Source: Prevotella sp. (GTDB lineage: Bacteria; Bacteroidota; Bacteroidia; Bacteroidales; Bacteroidaceae). From it: a stretch of DNA of 64,000 nucleotides. Shown here in pieces: positions 46,562-54,949 of the stretch (position 1 is its first letter; every line of letters starts with the position of its first letter). Made by a program: the position numbers and the translations under genes. The stretch spans positions 14,119 to 78,118 of the forward strand of contig JAFVFY010000079.1 in NCBI GenBank assembly GCA_017475265.1. The letters are read 5' to 3'. The notes under the pieces are model-generated. The model ran no database searches. It worked only from the letters and a program-made list of their open reading frames with translations, and was not told the DNA's origin.

Positions 46562-48094
46562 ATGAAAAAGAGAGCACTTCTTCTAGCCACGCTGCTCGTC
46601 ATGGCAACCGTGGCGATGGCGCAGCAAAGCATCAGCGTCAGCTACAAGGGTCAGCAGCCTGTCATCACCGATTTTGTCAATGCCATCCTCTCGCAGCGCG
46701 AGCTGAACGAGGCGTTGGACAACGTAAGGAACAACTGGAACCGCCGCCGGCTGGGACAGCAGATGGCAGAAGGCGTGGAGTTCATCGTCGATGAAAGAAA
46801 TGGCTTCGTTCGTTACGACATAGCTTACAGTCCCGCAGAGCGCAGCTGGACGGAGTTCTGCTACTGGAACTGCAACGACGGCACGCACAAGCTCGTAGCC
46901 GTAAACACTGGTCATGAGCTGCGCTTCAAGCCGGTACAGACAGAGTGCACGGGACTGACGTTCTACAGCTACGACAACCAGACGCGTACCCTTACCCCTG
47001 CCTCGGCCCACGACCTTGGAGCCTCCATCATCGTCACCCCCGTGGTGAACTACCGTCTGCCACGCCAAGGGAAGGACATCACGGCCGTCATCAACGCCAA
47101 GGACAAGCCCGTGAACATCGTCATGCACTGGGACGGCATGAAGTTCCACCAGGAGCAGACGCAGACCCCAAGCCAGACAGCTGGAGGGGATTTGCAATCC
47201 CCGACAAGAATGGTCATGAACCACGGTGTAGAGGAGGAGAAAGAGTACATCCGCGTGACTACTGCCGAGGGATTCCTTAACGCGATAGGCTCCGAGCGCA
47301 ATATCCTCATCGCCGCCGACACGGAGATAAACCTTACACCCGCATTAAACGACGCCGCCAACTTCCGCACCACCTACCGTCTGTGGATGCCCGATGCCAC
47401 AGCCATCATCAAGGGGAAGTCGTGCATAGTCAGCGAGGAGGTGTTCGACGGTCGCCAACTGACGCTCGTAGGCTTCAAGAAACTCCTCATCCGTGGTGAG
47501 CGTAACTCGCGCATCACCGTCGACCCCCGCTACGCCTTCTGCCTCCGCTTCATCGACTGCGAAGACTGCACCGTCGACAACCTCACCATCGGTCATACCG
47601 AGGGAGGCTACTGCGAGGGCGGCGTCATCGGCATCACAGGCGGGCGCAACACGATGGTCTGCAACTGCGACCTCTACGGCTGCGGCACCTACGGGCTGGA
47701 GATTGAAGGCACGGACGGCTTCAACATGTTCGCCTCGAACATCCACGACTGCACATACGGCATCATGCAGCTGCGCAGCTCGCGCAATCTGAACTTCATC
47801 CATAGCGACTTCTTCAACAACCGTGAGTTCGACCTCATCGGAAGCCTCGGCTGCGAGGGACTTTCGTTCGAGGACTGTCGTTTCTTCGCCAACTGGGGCG
47901 ACTCCCCGCTCTTCAGCATCGACAACGAGTTCCGCCTCTCGGGCTGCGCCATCTATCATCCTACGCAGAACCTGGGTACCATCGACCTGGCCAACCAGTC
48001 GGAGATAAGCAACCAGTTCTCAGAAAACCCGATTGACAATAATATTACAGGTCGCGAGATAGGTCCCGACGGCCACTGGGTACACACGAAATAA
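46562..48094 (+). CDS. Secreted protein with a right-handed parallel beta-helix domain
   Basis: Signal peptide; VTTAEGFLNAI, NLTIGHTEGGYCEGGVI, CDLYGCGTYG, NIHDCTYGI. Confidence 0.75.
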   Translation: MKKRALLLATLLVMATVAMAQQSISVSYKGQQPVITDFVNAILSQRELNEALDNVRNNWNRRRLGQQMAEGVEFIVDERNGFVRYDIAYSPAERSWTEFCYWNCNDGTHKLVAVNTGHELRFKPVQTECTGLTFYSYDNQTRTLTPASAHDLGASIIVTPVVNYRLPRQGKDITAVINAKDKPVNIVMHWDGMKFHQEQTQTPSQTAGGDLQSPTRMVMNHGVEEEKEYIRVTTAEGFLNAIGSERNILIAADTEINLTPALNDAANFRTTYRLWMPDATAIIKGKSCIVSEEVFDGRQLTLVGFKKLLIRGERNSRITVDPRYAFCLRFIDCEDCTVDNLTIGHTEGGYCEGGVIGITGGRNTMVCNCDLYGCGTYGLEIEGTDGFNMFASNIHDCTYGIMQLRSSRNLNFIHSDFFNNREFDLIGSLGCEGLSFEDCRFFANWGDSPLFSIDNEFRLSGCAIYHPTQNLGTIDLANQSEISNQFSENPIDNNITGREIGPDGHWVHTK

Positions 48095-48107
48095 TTTTTT
48101 ATTGGAC

Positions 48108-48884
48108 ATGAAATTCATAGGAATCATTCCGGCGCGCTATTCCTCTACGCGCTTTCCCGGCAAGCCGCTGGCCATGCTCGGCGGCAAGACCGTGATACAG
48201 AGAGTCTACGAACAAGTAGCTTCCGTGCTCAATTCTCAATTCTCAATTCTCAATTCCCAACCCTCCCCCGTCTGGGTAGCCACCGACGATGACCGTATCT
48301 TCAAGGCCGTGGAGGCCTTCGGCGGACATGCCGTTATGACCCGCACCGACCATAAGAGCGGCACCGACCGCATTCAGGAGGCCGCTGAGAAAATAGGCAC
48401 CACAGCCGATGTCATCATCAACGTGCAGGGCGACGAGCCCTTCATCCAGCCATCGCAGCTCGAGACCGTTTGCAGCCTCTTCGACGACCCCCGCACGCAG
48501 ATTGCCACATTAGGAAAGCCCTTCGAGACGATGGACGCCGTGGACAACCCAAACTCCCCGAAGATTGTCACCGACCTCGACGGCTATGCCCTCTACTTCA
48601 GCCGCTCCGTCATCCCCTTCGTGCGCGACAAATCTCAAGCCTCAATTCTCAAACCTCAAACCTTCCTCAAGCACATCGGCCTCTACGCCTACCGCCGCGA
48701 AGTGCTGGCAGAAATCACACGTCTGCCGCAGAGTCCGCTGGAGCTGGCCGAAAGCCTGGAGCAACTGCGCTGGTTACAGAACGGCTATAAGATACGCGTG
48801 GGCCTCACCAACGTAGAGACCATCGGCATCGATACCCCTGAAGACTTGGCTCGCGCAGAGGAAGTACTGGCAAAAAGAGCCTGA
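48108..48884 (+). CDS. kdsB: 3-deoxy-manno-octulosonate cytidylyltransferase
   Basis: IIPARYSSTRFPGKPLA, VATDD, SGTDR, NVQGDEP, KHIGLYAY, ESLEQLRWL; two heptamer inserts. Confidence 0.96.
   Translation: MKFIGIIPARYSSTRFPGKPLAMLGGKTVIQRVYEQVASVLNSQFSILNSQPSPVWVATDDDRIFKAVEAFGGHAVMTRTDHKSGTDRIQEAAEKIGTTADVIINVQGDEPFIQPSQLETVCSLFDDPRTQIATLGKPFETMDAVDNPNSPKIVTDLDGYALYFSRSVIPFVRDKSQASILKPQTFLKHIGLYAYRREVLAEITRLPQSPLELAESLEQLRWLQNGYKIRVGLTNVETIGIDTPEDLARAEEVLAKRA
48228..48255. repeat. (CTCAATT)4 in frame in kdsB; a second degenerate array lies at 48694-48722
   Basis: Read directly; encodes LNSQFSILNSQ. Confidence 0.9.
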
Positions 48885-48982
48885 GCTACCTCCAAAACCT
48901 CGTTAAATCTGTTAAATAACCGTAAAAGTATGGTTACGCAAGCCGTTACTTGCTCTTAAGCGGCGGAAAAGCAGTACCTTTG

Positions 48983-49131
48983 CAGTCCGATTATTACAGG
49001 GGAGGTCTTAGAATCCCCGTGAGCGTCGTGTAAATAGCGTTCGTCTTTGGCCGGACGGCGTGGTTTGTGAATCGGCACTCAGTACACATTATCTATTATT
49101 ACAAAACTGTTTTTTAGTACTTAAACGTAAA
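48983..49131 (+). ncRNA. Candidate rplM (L13) 5' leader
   Basis: About 150-nt untranslated region between promoter TACCTTTG (48975-48982) and rplM; an L13-Bacteroidia leader family is described but the match was not computed. Confidence 0.4.
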
Positions 49132-49593
49132 ATGAACACACTGAGTTACAAGACCGTCTCCATCAACAAGGAGACCGCCCAGAAGGAATGGGTCGTCATC
49201 GATGCCGCCGGGCAGGTGGTAGGACGACTGGCTTCTAAGGTCGCAAAGCTTATCCGTGGTAAGTACAAGCCCAGCTTTACTCCCCACGTTGACTGCGGCG
49301 ACAACGTCATCATTATCAATGCCGACAAGGTAATCTTCACTGGCAAGAAGGAGACCGACAAGGTCTACACCCGCTACACGGGCTATCCCGGTGGCCAGCG
49401 CTTCACGTCGCCCGCCGACCTGCGCAAGAAGCCCTTCGGAGCAGAGCGCATCCTGAAGCACGCCGTTAAGGGCATGCTGCCCAAAGGTCCCCTCGGACGT
49501 CACCTGCTAAACAACCTCTACGTCTACAACGGCACAGAGCATCCGCATGAGGCACAGAAGCCCAAAGCTATCGACATCAACCAGTACAAGTAA
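49132..49593 (+). CDS. rplM: 50S ribosomal protein L13
   Basis: WVVIDAAGQVVGRLAS, FTPHVDCGD, VKGMLPK. Confidence 0.98.
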   Translation: MNTLSYKTVSINKETAQKEWVVIDAAGQVVGRLASKVAKLIRGKYKPSFTPHVDCGDNVIIINADKVIFTGKKETDKVYTRYTGYPGGQRFTSPADLRKKPFGAERILKHAVKGMLPKGPLGRHLLNNLYVYNGTEHPHEAQKPKAIDINQYK

Positions 49594-49608
49594 ACAATAA
49601 CAAAGACA

Positions 49609-49995
49609 ATGGAATATATTAATGCAATAGGTCGTCGCAAGAGCTCAGTGGCTCGCGTGTACATGTCGGAAGGCACCGGCAAGATAACGATTAACAAGAA
49701 AGACCTCACAGAGTATTTCCCCTCAGCCATCCTCCAGTATGTGGTGAAGCAGCCCCTGATGGTGCTCGGATGCGAAGGTAAGTACGACATCAAGGTGAAC
49801 CTCGACGGTGGTGGCTTCACCGGCCAGAGCCAGGCTCTGCGCATGGCTATCGCCCGCGCACTCGTCAAGGTGAACGCCGAGGACAAGAAGGCACTCAAGG
49901 TGCAGGGCTTCCTCACCCGCGACAGCCGCGAGGTGGAGCGCAAAAAGCCCGGTCAGCCCAAGGCACGCCGTCGCTTCCAGTTCAGTAAGCGTTAA
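49609..49995 (+). CDS. rpsI: 30S ribosomal protein S9
   Basis: GRRKSSVARV, GGGFTGQSQA, RRRFQFSKR. Confidence 0.98.
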   Translation: MEYINAIGRRKSSVARVYMSEGTGKITINKKDLTEYFPSAILQYVVKQPLMVLGCEGKYDIKVNLDGGGFTGQSQALRMAIARALVKVNAEDKKALKVQGFLTRDSREVERKKPGQPKARRRFQFSKR

Positions 49996-50080
49996 TGGAA
50001 TTTACAATTTACAATTTATTTGTGACAGTAGTCCGTATATTGTAATACTGAACACTGTTTAGCATCTAAACTGGCTGGAT

Positions 50081-50125
50081 TTATAGACGCTATAGAGACT
50101 ATAGACGCTATAGAAACTATAGAGG
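50081..50125. repeat. CTATAG-core 9-mer repeat (5 units) in the rpsB leader
   Basis: ttatagacg ctatagaga ctatagacg ctatagaaa ctatagagg. Confidence 0.9.
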
Positions 50126-50204
50126 CTACAACTACCCGCCGGTTGATTCTAAGCCAAAGAATTAAAAAGAAAGTAAACAACCAATTAAAAGCAAAAAAAC
50201 AACA

Positions 50205-51050
50205 ATGGCAAGAACAAATTTTGACCAGCTGCTGCAGGCTGGCTGCCACTTCGGACACCTCAAGCGCAAGTGGAACCCCGCCATGGCTCCCTACATCTAC
50301 TGCGAGCGCAATGGCATTCATATCATCGACCTCCACAAGACCGTCATGAAGATTGACGAGGCCGCCGAGGCACTGAAGAACATCGCCCGTCAGGGCAAGC
50401 GTATCCTCTTCGTGGGTACTAAGAAACAGACCAAAGAGCTGATTGCCGAGAAGGCAACAAGCATCAATATGCCTTACGTCATCGAGCGTTGGCCGGGCGG
50501 CATGCTCACCAACTTCCCCACCATCCGCAAGGCTGTGAAGAAGATGACCAATATCGACAAGCTGATGAGCGACGGTACCTTCGGCAACCTGTCGAAGCGC
50601 GAGCTGCTCCAGATTACCCGCCAGCGCGCCAAGCTGGAGAAGAACCTCGGTTCTATCTCTGACATGACCCGCCAGCCCAGCGCTCTATTCGTCGTCGACG
50701 TGATGAAGGAGAACATCGCCGTGAAGGAGGCTAACCGCCTGGGTATCCCCGTGTTCGGCATCGTCGACACGAACAGCGACCCGAAGAACATTGACTTCGT
50801 CATCCCCGCCAACGATGACGCCAAGGACAGTGTGGAGGCTATCCTCAACGCTTGCTGTGCCGCCATCGCCGAGGGTATTGAAGAGCGCAAGGTGGAGAAA
50901 GCCGACGAGAAGGCATCTGAGGCTCAGACAGAGACCGAGGCCGAAGTGCTCGACGAGGCTCCCAAGCGTGCCACCGGTGCCCGCAAGAGCCGCAAGGCTG
51001 AGGTTGCTGAGGAAGCTGCTCCCGCAGAGGAGGCTCCCGCCGCTGAGTAA
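50205..51050 (+). CDS. rpsB: 30S ribosomal protein S2
   Basis: AGCHFGH, WNPAM, RWPGGMLTN, DTNSDP, IPANDD. Confidence 0.98.
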   Translation: MARTNFDQLLQAGCHFGHLKRKWNPAMAPYIYCERNGIHIIDLHKTVMKIDEAAEALKNIARQGKRILFVGTKKQTKELIAEKATSINMPYVIERWPGGMLTNFPTIRKAVKKMTNIDKLMSDGTFGNLSKRELLQITRQRAKLEKNLGSISDMTRQPSALFVVDVMKENIAVKEANRLGIPVFGIVDTNSDPKNIDFVIPANDDAKDSVEAILNACCAAIAEGIEERKVEKADEKASEAQTETEAEVLDEAPKRATGARKSRKAEVAEEAAPAEEAPAAE

Positions 51051-51054
51051 CTTG

Positions 51055-51185
51055 AGCCCCCTAAGTTAGGGGGTTGGGAGTCTGAACAAGCGCAGACGCC
51101 AACCCTTTGACTCCATTTAAACAATAATAACAAAACGGTCTGATAAACGCTTGTTCAGACCCCCATCCCCCTAACTTAGGGGGCT
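51055..51185. repeat. 38-bp inverted repeat pair (REP/BIME-like) between rpsB and tsf
   Basis: 51055-51092 versus 51148-51185, 2 mismatches; each arm contains the hairpin CCCCCTAA-G-TTAGGGGG. Confidence 0.9.
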
Positions 51186-51192
51186 AATAACA

Positions 51193-52191
51193 ATGGCAAT
51201 TTCAATTGATGATATCAAGAAACTGCGTGCCATGACCGGTGCTGGTCTGGCCGATGTGAAGAAAGCACTGACCGAGGCCGAGGGTGACTTCGACCGTGCC
51301 AAGGAGCTGCTCCGCGAGCGTGGCCTGGCCATCGCCGCCAAGCGTAGCGACCGCGAGACCTCAAACGGTTGCGTGCTGGTGAAGAACGAGGGTGGTTTCG
51401 CCGCCATGATTGCCCTGAAGTGCGAGACCGACTTCGTGGCCAATGGTGCCGACTTCATCGCTCTGACCAAGAGCATCCTCGACGCTGCCGTCGCCGCTAA
51501 GTGCAAGACCCTCGACGAGGTGAAGGAGCTGACCATCAACGGTCAGACCGCTCAGGAGGCTGTCACACAGCGTTCGGGCATCACCGGCGAGAAGATGGAA
51601 CTCGATGGCTACCTCTTCCTCGAGGGCGAGAACATTGAGATCTACGACCACATGGGCAAGCACATGCTCTGCACCATGGTTCAGCTGAACAAGGACGAGA
51701 AGGAGATTGGCCACAAGCTCGCCATGCAGGTGGCTGCCATGAAGCCCGTAGCACTCGACGCCGACAGCATCGACCCGAAGATTCTTGACGAGGAGTACAA
51801 GACCGCCGTGGAGAAGTCGAAGCTTGAGCAGGTGCAGAAGTTCGTCGACATGAAGCTGAAGAAGGCCGGCATCAATCCCGCACACGTGGACAGCGAGGAC
51901 CACATCGAGAGCAACACCGCCAAGGGCTGGATCACCAAGGAGCAGGCCGACGAGGCCCGCAAGATCATCGCCGAGGCTAAGGCTGAGGGCGAGGCCCAGC
52001 TGAAGATGCCCATGATTGAGGGTATCGCCCGTGGCCGCGTGGAGAAGTTCAAGAAGGAGAGCTGCCTCGTAGACCAGGAGTTCCAGTTCGGCGACGGCAA
52101 CGACAAGCTGAACGTTAGCGCATGGCTGAAGCAGCAGGACAAGGAGCTGAAGATTGTGGCTTTCCGCCGCTTCACCCTCGTCGCCGAGTAA
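51193..52191 (+). CDS. tsf: Elongation factor Ts
   Basis: IKKLRAMTGAGLADVKKAL, CETDFVA, AMQVAA, FRRF. Confidence 0.97.
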   Translation: MAISIDDIKKLRAMTGAGLADVKKALTEAEGDFDRAKELLRERGLAIAAKRSDRETSNGCVLVKNEGGFAAMIALKCETDFVANGADFIALTKSILDAAVAAKCKTLDEVKELTINGQTAQEAVTQRSGITGEKMELDGYLFLEGENIEIYDHMGKHMLCTMVQLNKDEKEIGHKLAMQVAAMKPVALDADSIDPKILDEEYKTAVEKSKLEQVQKFVDMKLKKAGINPAHVDSEDHIESNTAKGWITKEQADEARKIIAEAKAEGEAQLKMPMIEGIARGRVEKFKKESCLVDQEFQFGDGNDKLNVSAWLKQQDKELKIVAFRRFTLVAE

Positions 52192-52239
52192 GACAGAAGG
52201 ACGTTTTTCTGACATAAAGACAGAAGAACATATTTATGT

Positions 52240-52272
52240 AAGCCAGACAACCCTCAGGTTGTCTGGTTTTCA
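52240..52272 (+). terminator. Rho-independent terminator after tsf
   Basis: AAGCCAGACAACC-CTCA-GGTTGTCTGGTTT followed by T. Confidence 0.85.
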
Positions 52273-52375
52273 TTTGAAAACAGCGAAATAATAGACATTA
52301 GCAAAGCTATTTCGGAAAATATTTTGTTATTTCGACTATTATTTGTATCTTTGCACGCATAAATCATCAAAGGAA

Positions 52376-53899
52376 GTGAGAAGAACGGTCTATACATGCC
52401 TGGTGTGCCTCTTTGCACTGGCATCAACGGCTCAGATAGAACTGTGGACGGAGGCGCAGCTTTCGGTCTCCGATGGAACTACACCGCTATGGCTCAATGC
52501 CAACAAATACGGCCTCAGCTCGCTTGACAAGACCAACGGTTATGCCCGTATCGGAGCCTTCCGTCCTCTGGAAACGGACTCTGCACGCCGCTGGGGTTGG
52601 TCGGCAGGAGCCGATGTAGCCGTGGCAGGTGGCTACACCAGCACGCTCATCGTGCAACAGGCCTATGCCGAGCTTCGCTGGCTGAAAGGACTGCTCACCG
52701 TGGGCAGCAAAGAGCAGCCGCTACAGCTGAAAGACCAACAGTTGAGCAGCGGTTCACAGTCACTGGGCATCAACGCACACCCCGTGCCATCCGTGCGACT
52801 GGAACTGCCTGAATACTGGGACATACCAGGACTGAACCACTGGCTGGGGCTGAAAGGTCACATCGCCTACGGCATAACGACCGACACGCGGTGGCAGAAA
52901 GACTTCACCGCCCAGCGGTCGAACTACACAGAGAACGTGCGACTGCACACCAAGGCTGGCTACCTGCGCATTGGACAGCCACAACGGCCGCTCACCGTGG
53001 AGCTGGGAGTAGAGATGGGCTGCCAGTATGGCGGCACGTCACACATCTTCGACCATGGAAACGAGCAGGTAATAGAGAACGAAGGTGGGCTGAAAGGTGC
53101 CTGGCACGCCCTGATACCCGGTGGCGAGGAGGTGCTGGAGCGCGAAATCGAGTATAAGAACACATCGGGAAACCACGTGGGAAGCTATGTCATGCGTGTG
53201 AACTACGACCAGCCGTCATGGGGCGTCTCCGTCTACGCCGACCACGTATTCGATGACCAGTCGCAGATGTTCTTCTACAGCAACAACAGCTACGGACAAA
53301 ACGGCAAGAGTTGGACTGAGAAGGGCGACAAATACCTCGTGTTCGATCTCAAGGATATGATGCTCGGCCTCGAGGTGAGGGTGAAGGGCTGTCCATGGCT
53401 GGAGAAGTTTGTGGCCGAATACCTCTACACGAAATACCAAAGCGGCCCCATCTACCACGACCATTCGGAGCATCTGCTCGACCACATCTGCGGCATCGAC
53501 GACTATTACAACCACTACATTTTCGTTGCCTGGCAGCATTGGGGACAGGTGATGGGTAACCCGCTATACCGCTCGCCGCTATATAATGACACGGGCGACA
53601 TCATCATAGTCGACAACCGCTTCACCGCCTGGCACCTGGCCGCTACAGGTGCGCCCCTGAAGGGGCTGCGTTACCGCCTGATGTGTACCTTCCAACACGG
53701 ACTGGGCACTTACAGGAAACCTTTCAGCAACCCCCGCAACAATGTGAGCATCTTGGCCGAGGCGGCATACTCCTTCCCTTCAATATCAGAACCTCTGAAG
53801 GGCGTGACCGTGAAGGGAGCCTTAGGCTTCGACCGCGGACCACTGCTGGGCAACAACACGGGATTCCAGCTGACTGTAGCTAAGACCCTGAACCTCTGA
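52376..53899 (+). CDS. Capsule assembly Wzi-family outer-membrane protein
   Basis: Signal peptide; TPLWLNANKYGLSS, LSSGSQSLGINAHP, RLHTKAGYLRIG, GNHVGS, DDYYNH; GTG start assumed downstream of TATCTTTG. Confidence 0.75.
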   Translation: MRRTVYTCLVCLFALASTAQIELWTEAQLSVSDGTTPLWLNANKYGLSSLDKTNGYARIGAFRPLETDSARRWGWSAGADVAVAGGYTSTLIVQQAYAELRWLKGLLTVGSKEQPLQLKDQQLSSGSQSLGINAHPVPSVRLELPEYWDIPGLNHWLGLKGHIAYGITTDTRWQKDFTAQRSNYTENVRLHTKAGYLRIGQPQRPLTVELGVEMGCQYGGTSHIFDHGNEQVIENEGGLKGAWHALIPGGEEVLEREIEYKNTSGNHVGSYVMRVNYDQPSWGVSVYADHVFDDQSQMFFYSNNSYGQNGKSWTEKGDKYLVFDLKDMMLGLEVRVKGCPWLEKFVAEYLYTKYQSGPIYHDHSEHLLDHICGIDDYYNHYIFVAWQHWGQVMGNPLYRSPLYNDTGDIIIVDNRFTAWHLAATGAPLKGLRYRLMCTFQHGLGTYRKPFSNPRNNVSILAEAAYSFPSISEPLKGVTVKGALGFDRGPLLGNNTGFQLTVAKTLNL

Positions 53900-53921
53900 T
53901 TATATTTCTACCACAGATTTA

Positions 53922-54038
53922 ACGAATTACACGGAGGGGTTTTAACAACGAATTTGACGAATTACACGGAGGGGTTTTAACAACGAATTTGACGAATTAC
54001 ACGGAGGGGTTTTAACAACGAATTTGACGAATTACACG
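53922..54038. repeat. 35-bp perfect tandem repeat x3 plus a 12-nt partial copy
   Basis: ACGAATTACACGGAGGGGTTTTAACAACGAATTTG at 53922, 53957 and 53992; no spacers. Confidence 0.95.
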
Positions 54039-54048
54039 AATTGCACTA

Positions 54049-54516
54049 ATGGGACGGATTACAACATATATTTTTTTGTTACTGACAGCGGCAGCTTTCT
54101 GGGCATGCAGTAACTTCGAGACCTCGGGCAACGGAGCCTTCGATGGTCTCTGGCAGTTGGAACAGGTAGACACGTTGGCTACCGGCGGCAGTACTGACAT
54201 GCACGATGAGCTGATTTTCTGGGCCGTGCAGCACCGCGTCATAGAACTTCGTAGCCACAAGCTGGTCGAAGACGGCAGTATGCTTGTCCGCCTGTCGGTG
54301 TACTATCACTTCAAGCGCAGCGGTGACACCCTGCAATTCCTTGCCGACCCCTACCCTGTCCTGGACTTACGCCCCTCCGACCCCTACGCCGAATTAAAAC
54401 ATGTGCAGGCGTATGGTTTCAGCCGCTTCGATGAGACGTTCCTTGTTCTTCGTCTCGACGATGACCACATGACGCTGCAGTCGCCGCTCTATCGAATGTA
54501 CTTTCGGAAATACTAA
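54049..54516 (+). CDS. Lipocalin-like domain lipoprotein
   Basis: Lipobox FWAC; DGLWQLEQVD; C-terminal LVLRLDDDHMTLQSPLYRMYFRKY. Confidence 0.8.
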   Translation: MGRITTYIFLLLTAAAFWACSNFETSGNGAFDGLWQLEQVDTLATGGSTDMHDELIFWAVQHRVIELRSHKLVEDGSMLVRLSVYYHFKRSGDTLQFLADPYPVLDLRPSDPYAELKHVQAYGFSRFDETFLVLRLDDDHMTLQSPLYRMYFRKY

Positions 54517-54704
54517 TCCCTAATCGGTCTTTAGAAACAAATTACCATAATACGCATAATTCTAACCATAAATTTAATAATAATGACAATTATAGTGAAA
54601 ACCATTTGACTACTTAATTAAATCACAGTTCCTTAGTGGAATAAATTATGAAAATTATGGTAATTCGTTTCAAATAAACTCTAATGACAGATTTAGGTTT
54701 ATAA

Positions 54705-54741
54705 GAAAAACAGTGCGGGCAGCGCTAACGCGCTGCCCGCA
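54705..54741 (-). terminator. Rho-independent terminator of the cohesin operon
   Basis: 12-bp perfect stem TGCGGGCAGCGC-TAAC-GCGCTGCCCGCA, then a T-run on the minus strand. Confidence 0.85.
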
Positions 54742-54768
54742 GAGTGTTATGTCATTCCACTCACTCCA

Positions 54769-54936
54769 TTAAAGTTGGCGTGAGAAGAATTCACCGTCAT
54801 ATTCATCTTCAGTAGTCTCAACGTTCTGATTGTCTATAGTTGAATCAAGCGTTGACTGGATATCAAGGACAGGTTCACCTTCTACGAATAAGAAGTCTAC
54901 CTCGGGAGAAACATATTTCTTTTTCATTTCCTTCAT
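54769..54936 (-). CDS. Small acidic peptide (55 aa) with KKKYVSPE N-terminal motif, below the ORF-track cutoff
   Basis: Hand translation MKEMKKKYVSPEVDFLFVEGEPVLDIQSTLDSTIDNQNVETTEDEYDGEFFSRQL*; starts 13 nt after the scaffoldin stop behind an A-rich leader and ends before the terminator. Confidence 0.7.
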   Translation of the reverse strand: MKEMKKKYVSPEVDFLFVEGEPVLDIQSTLDSTIDNQNVETTEDEYDGEFFSRQL

Positions 54937-54949
54937 CTTTTATTAATAA

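Noticed and set aside
51193-52191. Unusually long EF-Ts (332 aa)
   Set aside because: An internal insertion of this kind is typical of Bacteroidales EF-Ts, and no repeat signature is visible in it.
53922-54038. Possible CRISPR array (35-bp repeat)
   Set aside because: Repeats are head-to-tail with no spacers, and no cas genes are present.
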